From Macrostomum lignano (Eukaryota): a DNA stretch of 64,000 bases. Both the position numbers and the translations under genes were made by a program. Location: assembly GCA_002269645.1 (NCBI GenBank), contig NIVC01000059.1, positions 1,054,001-1,118,000 of the forward strand, written 5' to 3'. The notes below the pieces were generated by a model. The model did no database searches, was not told the DNA's origin, and saw only the letters and a list, made by a program, of their open reading frames with translations. How positions within the stretch are numbered: position 1 is the first letter of the stretch; each line of letters starts with the position of its first letter. Below, piece by piece: positions 33,101-45,565 of the stretch.

Positions 33101-36100
33101 GATGCGTCACCGCTGCTTCGCGCCAAAAAGTGTCAACTTTCCCTTACTTAAGTAGTTGAATCCTCACCTGCAGCTGCAGACCCAATCGTTCGCCCTCCTT
33201 GAGCTCCGGCGGCTGCACCAGACCCCTGACAATGACTGGCGGCGGCTGCTGCTGAGCATCAGCGCCAGGCATCGCGGCTCGTCCAGTCGCCATCTCCTCC
33301 TCCAGCTGCATCAGACTGCGGATACTGTGCTCCGCGTTGCCCGGCAACTGCGATGACGTCACCACGCCGGTGCCGCCGGGCTGGCAGACAAGTTGAGCAG
33401 CAGTGCTCTGTGCCTGGCCGTGCTCGCTCTCCAGCACGGCGCAGTACGTGCCGCTGTCCTCCGAGTTTACGTAGGCAAATTTTAGCCAAGCTAGCCCGAG
33501 TTCGAATCCTGCCGTGATTCGGGAGCCGAATTGGACCAGGACGCCGTCGCGAAACCAGTGCGCCTGCACCCGGTTACCGTTGCCGGGGTCGGCTCGGGCT
33601 GAGAGCGCAGCAGGGGCCGCCGCCTCCGGCACCTGCAGCTGCGCTGGGCTTAGCGGGGCCAGGAAGCGCGGCGGGTCGGCGCGGTGAAGATCGGCTTCCA
33701 TCCTGCGGGTGCGTGTTGACAATCGGGTGTACAAAATATTACCTTTAACTCACCATCAGCCATTTTTTACTCATTATCTACATTCAAAACCCACCGATTG
33801 CTCATTGCTACACCCAGCGATTGCTCATTGCTACACCCACCGATTGCTCATTGCTACACCCACCGATTGCTCATTGCTACACCCACCGATTGCTCATCGC
33901 TACACCTACCAATCGCTCATCGCTACACCCACCGATTGCTCATCGCTACACCTACCAATCGCTCATCGCTACACCCACCGATTGCTCATTGCTACACCCA
34001 CCGATTGCTCATTGCTACACCCACCGATTGCTCATCGCTACACCCACGGATTGCTTATCGCTACACCCACCGATTGCTCATCGCTACACCCACCGATTGC
34101 TTATCGCTACACCCACCGATTGCTCATTGCTACACCCACCGATTGCTCATTGCTACACCCACCGATTGCTCATTGCTACACCCACCGATTGCTCATCGCT
34201 ACACCCACCGATTGCTCATTGCTACACCCACCGATTGCTCATCGCTACACCCACCGATTGCTCATCGCTACACCCACGGATTGCTTATCGCTACACCCAC
34301 CGATTGCTCATTGCTACACCCACAGTTAATTCTCCAACCAGGGCACTCACGGTCTGAACTCTTCCCCGTACTCCTCCAGTCGTTGAATGTTCATCACCGA
34401 GCTCGCTGGCAGGGCAGATGCGGTCACCACCCCAGCAGAGCCAGAGCAGCTGTGAATGATTGTTTTTTTGAACGATTTGACTCAAGTATTCGATGTTACT
34501 GCCACTAATGAGACTCCACTCATGACTCACCTCAGCTGAGCTGTGTTGCTCTGAGCCGAACCGTGTTTATTCGTTGCCAAGCAACAATAGAGGCCACTGT
34601 CCTCCGGGTAGCAATAGATAATCTCCAGTGCCGTGTAGCCTCTATCGTACACTGCCCGAATTCTCGAGCCTAAAGTTACCGGGACTCCATTCTTATACCA
34701 TTCCACCTGGATGTTTGAGTCCGCCGCCGGCGTCACTCGGGTCTCGAATCGTGCGCTGGAGTTCTCTGCGACCACTGCGCTATCAATCTGGCGGACAAAC
34801 TGAGGCGCCGATTGCGGAATTCGATCGTCATAGTCCTGGCGGGTGCTGCGGGCGCTCAGACGCTCGTCCAGACGGTCGATGTTGGCCACCATGGACTGCT
34901 CGGGCAACTGGGTGTCCGTCACAACGCCCTCCTCGGCCATGACCCTGGCAGTTTCGGTAAATTTGAGCATTTTTTGAACTTCTCAGGCGTTGTGAAATCA
35001 GGGGTTTTCAGCTTGTGGATACTGGGGCCCAGGCTGTGAAAGTCAGGCCTCGGCCTGGAACTCACGTCAGCGACATCGGATTGCTCTGGTCCATACCGAA
35101 GCTGCTGCGCACCACGCAAGAGTACTCGCCGCTGTCCTCCGGGTAGGTGTGCAGGATGTCCAACGAAACGTAGCCACGTTCGAATGTCGTGTTCAATCGC
35201 GAGCCTGGGGGAGGGTCGAAGAGAGACCGGGTGCTTGACGCAATATGTGAAGCTAGTGCTTGAAAACGCGGTGGGGAGGGTCGAAGAGATACCGGGTGCT
35301 TGACGCAATATGTGAAGCTAGTGCTTGAAAACGCGGTGGGGCGGGTCGAAGAGAGACCGGGTGCTTGACGCAATATGTAAAGTTGGTGCTTGAAAACGCG
35401 TTGGAAAGTTTAAAGGGAAAGTTTTTTAAAGTCTGTCGAATATCTAATTTAAAAAAATAAATCAGATGACATCAGATATGGTACTCCCGACCACTGTCGG
35501 CTTGAGACCCAAGTTTATGAATGGCAGTCATTATAGTATTTTTTTTACTTGTCAGAGGTATTATAGATGGTCTCTTCTAAATTCTCTTTTGCACCTTATA
35601 AAATAAAAAAACTCCGGTCTCTCTATCCGGCCCTCAGGTCGGTTGAAACTTCACAATAGCAATCCGGCCATGCAGCTCAGGGTTTGTGCCTCTTCTCAGC
35701 TCTTTCTCTCATCTCTCCTCTTTTCTCTCATCTCTCTTTCTCTATTCCCTCCTCTTTCCACTCTTATCTGGCCTAGAGCCATTCTGTGCACTATTAAGAA
35801 AATTTTGCAAAATAAAAAGGACAGGCATCGGCTCACCAGCATTGAGTGGCAGGCCGTCCTTGCACCACTCAGCCTGCATCGAGCTGTCATTCAACGGAGC
35901 CACTCGACAGTCGATTCTAACTGCGGCGCCTTCGCTTACGCTGGCAGACGGCCGCGGCTGGCGTACAAACCTGGGTGCCTCGCCAACTGCACCTTGGCGA
36001 TGCTGCTGCTGCTGCTGCTGCTGCTTCTTGTTGAAAGTGGCCGATCGACTGAGCTCGCCATTGATGTCGAATCCAGATGGGGCCGGACTCAGCTGTTGCT

Positions 36101-36335
36101 GGTACTGCTGCGGCTGTTGCTGGTACTGCTGCGGCTGTTGCTGGTACTGCTGCGGCTGTTGCTGGTACTGCTGCGGCTGCGGCTGTTGCTGGTACTGCTG
36201 CGGCTGTTGCTGGTACTGCTGCGGCTGTTGCTGGTACTGCTGCGGCTGTTGCTGGTACTGCTGCGGCTGTTGCTGGTACTGCTGCGGCTGTTGCTGGTAC
36301 TGCTGCGGCTGTTGCTGGTACTGCGGTGACTCCAT
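27190..36335 (-). CDS. Kettin/Sls (titin-like) Ig-domain protein: 5 I-set Ig domains plus a long Gln/Pro/Glu-rich repetitive tail (10 exons, about 1641 aa if the ATG at 36335 is the start)
   Basis: Minus-strand exons 36335-35837, 35204-35066, 34944-34531, 34449-34351, 33702-33168, 32423-32122, 31921-31735, 30360-30174, 29828-29712 and 29636-27190 are phase-compatible over GT-AG introns. Ig motifs PxF...EW.K.G...GSR...G...L.I...PEDSG.Y.C, with kettin-like linkers (VVT.TQLP...I.RLE). Confidence 0.85.
31120..31290. repeat. Short intronic repeat CAAGACAGTTGCACCAA variants
   Basis: Several imperfect tandem copies. Confidence 0.7.
33790..34322. repeat. 23-bp intronic minisatellite CACCCACCGATTGCTCATTGCTA
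   Basis: About 23 copies between exons of the Ig gene. Confidence 0.95.
35215..35400. repeat. 3 x 64-bp intronic repeat
   Basis: ACCGGGTGCTTGACGCAATATG recurs every 64 bp. Confidence 0.9.
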
Positions 36336-37187
36336 GCTTGAATTGATGAAGCGCAACACCAATTTCCGGCACAACTGTTGCTTCACGCGGATTCTGTTTT
36401 AGACCAGCTTGTCTACAGGTATACCCCGGGCTTCGCAACACTCCCTCAATCAGTTTCTGCCTTTCCTTTACAAAGTCTACCTGAACTGCACAGACAGCCA
36501 CGGCAGCCACCTCCAGCGCCAACGCACCATCAGCTTGATGTCATCGATCCCCGAAGCTCTGGACACAGATTGGTGGGGGTTGGTTGGTGTTCGTTGCTTC
36601 CCTCTTCCCCCGCTGCTGGCTTTCCCTGCCCTATCCCTCAGAGCGAAGAACAGAACCGGATTTCACTATAGACAGGACGCAACCAACGCGGTTAGCGAAA
36701 GGTCGATCTATTGCCTGATCCTGCATGGTTGTTCTCCCTGTCCAGGCTAAAGTTCAGCGCCCGCGGAACCCACGCGCAGCACACAACCCCACGTACACCA
36801 TCCTCAACCCGCCGACCGCCGATATCCCATTCAAACCTCTGGGATGGTCAGAGCGGAAAGGCCAAGCGTAACTCCGCCTAAAAGCAGAGATGTTGCAGAT
36901 CCTTACGCGCAGCTCCAGCTCGCATTTGAACTGCGCTTTTGCATTCTTTTATTCTTGAACCGATGGCTTTTCTTGTCTATCAGGTGCTGCTTTGCTTCTT
37001 GGGGACATCGTAAGGTTTTGTATGGCAAAAGTTTTTGAAAAAAATGATCTTTTCGACTAGAAGGGCGAAAAGTTTCAACATCTTGTCCATAGAAATTTGA
37101 GTTTTGACCATGCATAACACGCTCGTACTTGTACTAATATAATATATAATAGATTACACCTACCCAATTGTTGGGCAGACGTGCAAC

Positions 37188-37701
37188 CAAAGAGTATTGA
37201 GGTCGCCTAGTATCCGGTAGAGTGCCAATAAGGATGAAAATCTGAAGCCGATTTTTAGAATCCACCCACCCCCTCCGGTCACCAAGCTTTTTAGTCTATG
37301 GCACAAGTTGTGGCTAGAATGGTGTACAAAGCCGATGCTTAAGATTAATACGGATGCATCAGAAACGCAGTTATTGCAATTAGCTACCGCGCACTTTAGT
37401 GACACGGCTGTTGTTGTTCAGACGTAAGGGCTATATGGCATGGCTGTTACGGAGTTGTGTATCGACGACGGCAACTGAGTCTGGTGACTGAGCGATGTTG
37501 CCTTGCTTATTTGATACATGCATTTTCTAAGTGTGAAATGTCTTATATTTCTGAGCATCGGCTTTGTACACCATTCTAGCCACAACTTGTGCCATAGACT
37601 AAAAAGCTTTGGTGACCGGAGGAGGGGGGTGGATTCTAAAAATCGGCTTCAGATTTTCATCCTTATTGGCACTCTATACTAGGCGACCTCAATACTCTTT
37701 G
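37188..37701. mobile_element. 514-bp MITE with ~150-bp TIRs and 8-bp TSD (P-element-like CAAAG end)
   Basis: 37188-37339 is the near-perfect reverse complement of 37554-37701. Flanks CGTGCAAC (37180-37187) and CGTGTAAC (37702-37709). Confidence 0.85.
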
Positions 37702-37849
37702 CGTGTAACCGACAGCTCAGCCGTAGCTATTGCGCGGCGCATCTGAAAGCTGCAATAAGGGATGCAGAATCAAGTGCATTGGAGCCCGCAACAGACTAAG
37801 AAGGTTAAACAATATCCTACCCCTATAGCTCTGGCACACTAGATGTGAT

Positions 37850-40800
37850 TCACAATGTGGAATCTATGATTCACGATGTATGATCTGTTGTTCACAACGT
37901 AGAATCTTTGTTTCTCAATATGACAGTTGTAATTCACGATGTAGCATTTGTGATTAACGGTTTAGTATCTGCAACTCACAATGTAGTATTTGTGGTTCTG
38001 ACTGGACCTATGATTCACACTGTAGCATTTGTGATTCACACTGTAGCATTTGTGATTCACACTGTAGCATTTGTGATTCACACTGTAGCATTTGTGATTC
38101 ACACTGTAGCATTTGTGATTCACACTGTAGCATTTGTGATTCACACTGTAGCATTTGTGATTCACACTGTAGCATTTGTGATTCACACTGTAGCATCTGT
38201 GATTCACACTGTAGCATTTGTGATTCACACTGTAGCATTTGTGATTCACAACTGTAGCATTTGTGATTCACACTGTAGCATCTGTGATTCACGCTGTAGC
38301 ATTTGTGATTCACACTGTAGCATTTGTGATTCACACTGTAGCATTTGTGATTCACACTGTAGCATTTGTGATTCACACTGTAGCATTTGTGATTCACACT
38401 GTAGCATCTGTGATTCACACTGTAGCATTTGTGATTCACACTGTAGCATTTGTGATTCACACTGTAGCATTTGTGATTCACACTGTAGCATTTGTGATTC
38501 ACACTGTAGCATTTGTGATTCACACTGTAGCATTTGTGATTCACACTGTAGCATTTGTGATTCACACTGTAGCATTTGTGATTCACACTGTAGCATCTGT
38601 GATTCACACTGTAGCATTTGTGATTCACACTGTAGCATTTGTGATTCACAACTGTAGCATTTGTGATTCACACTGTAGCATCTGTGATTCACGCTGTAGC
38701 ATTTGTGATTCACACTGTAGCATTTGTGATTCACACTGTAGCATTTGTGATTCACACTGTAGCATTTGTGATTCACACTGTAGCATTTGTGATTCACACT
38801 GTAGCATCTGTGATTCACACTGTAGCATTTGTGATTCACACTGTAGCATTTGTGATTCACACTGTAGCATCTGTGATTCACGCTGTAGCATTTGTGATTC
38901 ACACTGTAGCATCTGTAATTCCCACTGTAGCATCTGTGATTCACACTGTAGCATTTGTGATTCACACTGTAGCATTTGTGATTCACACTGTAATAGCTAT
39001 GATTCACACTGTAGTATCTATGATTCACATTCTAGCACTTGTGATCCCCACTGTAGTATCTGTGATTCACACTGTAGTATCTGTGATTCACACTGTACTA
39101 TCTATGATTCACACTGTAGCATCTATGATTCACACTGTAGCATTTGTGATTCACACTGTAGCATTTGTGATTCACACTGTAGCGTTTGTGATCCCCACTG
39201 TAGCATTTGTGATTCACACTGTAGCATTTGTGATTCACACTGTAGCATTTGTGATTCACACTGTAGCATTTGTGATTCACACTGTAGCATTTGTGATTCA
39301 CACTGTAGTATCTGTGATTCACACTGTAGCATCTGTGATTCACACTGTAGCATTTGTGATTCACACTGTAGCATTTGTGATTCACAACTGTAGCATTTGT
39401 GATTCACACTGTAGCATCTGTGATTCACGCTGTAGCATTTGTGATTCACACTGTAGCATCTGTAATTCCCACTGTAGCATCTGTGATTCACACTGTAGCA
39501 TTTGTGATTCACACTGTAGCATTTGTGTTTCACACTGTAATAGCTATGATTCACACTGTAGCATCTGTAATTCCCACTGTAGCATCTGTGATTCACACTG
39601 TAGCATTTGTGATTCACACTGTAGCATCTGTAATTCACACTGTAGCATTTGTGATTCACACTGTAGCATTTGTGATTCACAACTGTAGCATTTGTGATTC
39701 ACACTGTAGCATCTGTGATTCACGCTGTAGCATTTGTGATTCACACTGTAGCATCTGTAATTCCCACTGTAGCATCTGTGATTCACACTGTAGCATTTGT
39801 GATTCACACTGTAGCATTTGTGTTTCACACTGTAATAGCTATGATTCACACTGTAGCATCTGTAATTCCCACTGTAGCATCTGTGATTCACACTGTAGCA
39901 TTTGTGATTCACACTGTAGCATTTGTGATTCACACTGTAATAGCTATGATTCACACTGTAGTATCTATGATTCACATTCTAGCACTTATGATCCCCACTG
40001 TAGCATCTGTGATTCACACTGTAGTATCTGTGATTCACACTGTACTATCTATGATTCACACTGTAGCATCTGTGATTCACACTGTAGCATTTGTGATTCA
40101 CACTGTAGCATTTGTGATTCACACTGTAGCATTTGTGATTCACACTGTAGCATCTGTGATTCACACTGTAGCATTTGTGATTCACAACTGTAGCATTTGT
40201 GATTCACACTGTAGCATCTGTGATTCACACTGTAGTATCTGTGATTCACACTGTAGTATCTGTGATTCACACTGTAGTATCTGCGATTCACACTGTAGTA
40301 TCTGTGATTCACACTGTAGTATCTGTGATTCACACTGTAGTATCTGTGATTCACACTGTAGTATCTGTGATTCACACTGTAGCATTTGTGATTCACACTG
40401 TAATAGCTTTGATTCACACTGAAGTATCTGTGATTCACACTGTAGCATTTGTGTTTCACACTGTAATAGCTATGATTCACACTGTAGTATCTATGATTCA
40501 CATTGTAGCACTTTTGATCCCCACTGTAGTATCTGTGATTCACACTGTAGTATCTGTGATTCACACTGTAGTATCTGCGATTCACACTGTAGTTTTTGTG
40601 ATTCACACTGTAGTATCTGTGATTCACACTGTAGTATCTGTGATTCACACTGTAGTATCTGTGATTCACACTGTAGTATCTGTGATTCACACTGTAGTAT
40701 CTGTGATTCACACTGTAGTATCTGTGATTCACACTGTAGCATCTGTGATTCACACTGTAATAGCTATGATTCACACTGTAGTATCTATGATTCACATTCT

Positions 40801-41465
40801 AGCACTTGTGATCCCCACTGTAGTATCTATGATTCACATTCTAGCACTTGTGATCCCCACTGTAGTATCTGTGATTCACACTGTAGTATCTGTGATTCAC
40901 ACTGTACTATCTATGATTCACACTATAGTATCTGTGATTCACACTGTACTATCTATGATTCCCAATGTAGCATCTGTGATTCACACTGTAGTATCTGTGA
41001 TTCACACTGTAGCATTTGTGATTCACACTGTAGCATTTGTGATTCACACTGTAGCATTTGTGATTCACACTGTAGCATTTGTGATTCACACTGTAGCATT
41101 TGTGATTCACAACTGTAGCATTTGTGATTCACACTGTAGCATTTGTGATTCACACTGTAGCATTTGTGATTCCCACTGTATTTTCTGTGATTCACACTGT
41201 AGTATCTGCGATTCACACTGTAGTATCTGTGATTCACACTGTAGCATTTGTGATTCACACTGTAGCATTTGTGATTCACACTGTAGCATTTGTGATTCAC
41301 ACTGTAATAGCTATGATTCACACTGTAGTATCTATGATTCACATTGTAGCACTTGTGATTTCCACTATAGCATCTGTGATTCACACTGTAGTATCTGTGA
41401 TTCACACTGTACTATCTATGATTCCCACTGTAGCATCTATGATTCACACTGTAGCATTTTTGATT
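37850..41465. repeat. 3.6-kb 21-bp satellite GTGATTCACACTGTAGCATTT with higher-order structure
   Basis: About 170 copies with variant units; 22-bp insertion units near 38250, 38650, 39385, 39681, 40185 and 41111. Confidence 0.97.
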
Positions 41466-42122
41466 AAAAATTTTCACTAACGTCTTGCATCAAAATTTAT
41501 TATTTGCTTTCGTCAATCCCGAACAAGAAATTTTGATTGACAATCAGAAATTTCATTTCTGCTAGCCGGTCTTCCCGGAAATTGACAAATTTCTGTGTCC
41601 GGAAGACAGCCAGGAGGTCAGACCTCGGCTTGCAGTGTTCCTAGGAACAAAGGAACGAAATTCTGACAACTTGCATCGGAACACCTGATAGAAGATTTCA
41701 GAGTCTCATTCAGGGAAACCATCACGGTTTGCGTGTGAAAGTGACTAGATAAGTCAAAACTGTCAGTCTGTCGGTTTCACCTGTCAACTTCAATCAATCA
41801 AAATGAGGATGGCAACTTTCCGCTTTGACTATTCCGGTACCACTTTCTCTTTCCTCTCTCTCCGAGCGTAAAAAAATAGTTGCTAGTAAAAAAAACCATG
41901 CTGTATACCGGTGGTTTATGGCCCAATTAATTGTTCAGTGCGTTGGCATGAAAAGCGCACAGTTGGATTGACCGAAATTTATTCACGGCGGGAGTCATGC
42001 ATGATTGCGACGACTCAAATGATGATTTGGCTGTAAATGATCTGCCGCATAAAAGGCCAAACACTGCTGATTATAAATTACAAACTTCTCTAAAGGCCTC
42101 CCTTCTCTGTACACTTATTCAC

Positions 42123-43020
42123 CGTGAATCTCACTCCTCTGTGAATCTCACTCTCTGTGAATCTCACTCTGTGTGAATCTCACTCTGTGAATCTCACTCT
42201 CTGTGAATCTCACTCTCTGTGAATCTCACTCTCTGTGAATCTCACTCTCTGTGAATCTCACTCTCTGTGAATCTCACTCTCTGTGAATCTCACTCTCTGT
42301 GAATCTCACTCTCTGTGAATCTCACTCTCTGTGAATCTCACTCTCTGTGAATCTCACTCTCTGTGAATCTCACTCTCTGTGAATCTCACTCTCTGTGAAT
42401 CTCACTCTCTGTGAATCTCACTCTCTGTGAATCTCACTCTCTGTGAATCTCACTCTTTCAATCTCACTCTGTGAATCTCACTCTCTGTGAATCTCACTCT
42501 CTGTGAATCTCACTCTCTGTGAATCTCACTCTCTGTGAATCTCACTCTCTGTGAATCTCACTCTCTGTGAATCTCACTCTCTGTGAATCTCACTCTCTGT
42601 GAATCTCACTCTCTGTGAATCTCACTCTCTGTGAATCTCACTCTCTGTGAATCTCACTCTGTCAATCTCACTCTGTGAATCTCACTCTCTGTGAATCTCA
42701 CTCTCTGTGAATCTCACTCTCTGTGAATCTCACTCTCTGTGAATCTCACTCTCTGTGAATCTCACTCTCTGTGAATCTCACTCTCTGTGAATCTCATTCT
42801 CTGTGAATCTCACTCTCTGTGAATCTCACTCTCTGTGAATCTCACTCTCTGTGAATCTCACTCTCTGTGAATCTAACTCTGTGAATCTCACTCTCTGTGA
42901 ATCTCACTCTCTGTGAATTTCACTCTCTGTGAATCTCACTCTCTGTGAATCTCACTCTCTGTGAATCTCACTCTCTGTGAATCTCACTCTCTGTGAATCT
43001 AACTCTGTGAATTTCACTCG
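42123..43020. repeat. 16-bp satellite GTGAATCTCACTCTCT
   Basis: About 55 nearly homogeneous copies. Confidence 0.97.
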
Positions 43021-43622
43021 TTAGAAATCATGTCACAGTTGAGATCCCAGTATTTCCCAGTTTGACTACTGATATCCCAGTATTTTACAATCTCACTACT
43101 GAGAATCTTCATTCCTCAAATCTCGTTCCGAAGTATTTCAATCCTCAAAATCTCGCTCTTGAGAATTGTAAACATCAAAATCCACTCCTGGAGAATATTT
43201 TTGTTAAATCTGGTTTCTGAGAATTGCAATCTTCAAAATATCACTCCTGAGACCCTAGCCATGTGTTCGAATCTCTAGTTAGTTCACCGCTCGAAGCTCG
43301 TTAGACACAGACTGTCCTTAGCCAACCAACTCTCAGCCAGCATCCCAGAGTTGGAGTCGAAATTGCAGCCAGCCAATACGACCGCTGCATCCCAAGCAAG
43401 CATGGGTTGACACTTGGGATAAAACCGCGGCAATCTTCACCGAGAAGGCGTTGCTTCTTCTCCTCTATAGCCTGAAATCTTCTTGAAGACTTTCTGTTTG
43501 CAACTGTTGCAGCAAATCAATTTCAAGGTAGAAGCTTTGGTTCCTGTATTGCACTAATACCAATTGCATACAAAAGGTTGAATCATCCACCCACCGAATT
43601 TTCAGGCAAAAACTGTCAAAGC

Positions 43623-44186
43623 ATGAAGGTCGCCGCTATGATCGCTTTCATTGCTGTAGCAGCGTTGGTCACTGTTCAGCTCACAGGTTTGTTATACACG
43701 ATCGATTGTTACTCGTATTAAAATTGATTTGAATTTCTAAGAAACCAATCGGTTTCGTTGCATCTCAGACGCCTCCCTGGCCGAGGAGGGTCCGAACAGC
43801 CATCAGATGTTCCGCTTCAAGAAGGGATTTCACTTCTTCCGACTGCGCAAGTCTGCCGCCGCTGCCCAGGGCTGCATGATTAACGACAACGCCTTGGAAG
43901 GGATGGAGATGGTGGTTGTGAGTTAAAACTGCTTCATTTACCCTGTGAACCATTTATCAATCAAAATGCAGCTTCTCGAGCGTCGTCAGAACTGTATCAA
44001 TAAATCAAATTCTAGGGCTGTTTCAAAGGAACTGTCATGCCAGAGTTGTCAGACAGTAACTCAGTCAGTGCTAAACCGTAATCTTTCTTTTTCGTCGTTA
44101 ATTTGCAGAAAGCGGCCCGTTCTGGAAAGCTGTGCAACCAGGACAAGCAGATGCTCAGGGTGTTCCTGGCCAGCTTGCTGCTGTGA
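43623..44186 (+). CDS. Secreted neuropeptide precursor (3 exons, 96 aa) containing KK-GFHFFRL-RK
   Basis: Exons 43623-43686, 43769-43917 and 44109-44186 splice in frame to MKVAAMIAFIAVAALVTVQLTDASLAEEGPNSHQMFRFKKGFHFFRLRKSAAAAQGCMINDNALEGMEMVVKAARSGKLCNQDKQMLRVFLASLLL*. It has a signal peptide, dibasic cleavage sites and a C-terminal Cys pair. AATAAA near 44396 and 44452. Confidence 0.85.
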
Positions 44187-44624
44187 GCCGGATCCGGCGC
44201 CTACTCCTGAGGGACCCGACTCAGTTATTAAATCATTCGGTTCTGCTGGGGTAACCATGACAGAATTGGCGCAGCCCAGCAAGACACGAATATAAAGGAT
44301 TACCCTTACAATCAGTTAATACCATCTCGTGTGTCATGCTTTTAAATTGTTGACACAATTATAAACTAAACGATCATGTTTAACTAAAGGCTTTGAATAA
44401 ATCTGAAAGTCAGTAACTTTCACTCACCAGTTAATCGAGGTCGCGCGGTCCAATAAAACTGTTAATAATTGATTCAATTCTAACAAAATCTGTTGTCTTA
44501 ATATTCTTAGTTCTTTTGATAAATAGTTTGTTATCGAGATCTATTGATTGTTAAGAAGCTTTCTCTGAAAATTGTGTTAATCAGAGTATATTTTGAACTG
44601 AAGTTTAGACAGGCAGGTTGGGTG

Positions 44625-45105
44625 AAGACTGAAGCTTTGAAAGACAGGCTGAAGCTTAGAAAGACAGGCTGAAGCTTAGAAAGACAGGCTGAAGCTTAGA
44701 AAGACAGACTGAAGCTTGGAAAGACAGGCTGAAGCTAAGAAAGACAGGCTGAAGCTTTGAAAAACAGACTGAAGCTTTGAAAGACAGACTGAAGCTTAGA
44801 AAGACAGGCTGAAGCTTTGAAAGACAGACTGAAGCTTAGAAAGACAGACTGAAGCTTTGAAAGACAGGCTGAAGCTTTGAAAGACAGACTGAAGCTTAGA
44901 AAGACAGGCTGAAGCTTAGAAAGACAGGCTGAAGCTTAGAAAGACAGGCTGAAGCTTTGAAAGACAGACTGAAGCTTTGAAAGACAGACTGAAGCTTTGA
45001 AAGACAGGCTGAAGCTTTGAAAGACAGGATTGGTGAAAACTGAAGCTTAGAAAGACAGACTGAAGCTTAGAAAGACAGAATTGGTGAAGACTGAAGCTTA
45101 GAAAG
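44625..45105. repeat. 20-bp minisatellite AAGACAG(G/A)CTGAAGCTT(A/T)GA
   Basis: Period 20 directly visible. Confidence 0.95.
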
Positions 45106-45565
45106 TATTTATTTAATTTTGAAGGCCTGTCGATATTGTTTAAACAATCTGATAGTTGTTATGTCAGGTCACATCCTCTTAATCTCTAGTTAAAACGCAT
45201 ACAAGTAGTGTTTGATCGCGTGTCATTATTAAATTTTCTAAACTCATTGGAACAGAGGTTGCAGACGCTAACTTTGTCTTGGATTTAGCCCGTATATGTG
45301 TATACCGAATCAATTTATTTTAGGCCTATATACGGCTCGTATAAGTTCTGTATACTTCTGTTCTGTGTACAGAGAATAAGCCTAGTTGATCACAGGCAAC
45401 TGATGTTAACACGAACTTCCGTGCATCTACAAAAACTGTGTTGCGAAATTTGTTAGTTTAACATTTAGCCTGTCCATGAAGATGTAGTACTGTAGCATAC
45501 CAGCCCTTCACAATGCTGAGAGCAGGGCTTTTGCTGTTTTTTACAACTTTTTGAGTGCCACTATT

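Noticed and set aside
37908-41480. Many long ORFs (IHTVAFV, HCSICDS, NHKCYSV, CESQMLQ repeats), including Cys/His-rich ones
   Set aside because: Translations of a 21-bp satellite that is open in several frames on both strands; no unique domain or splice context.
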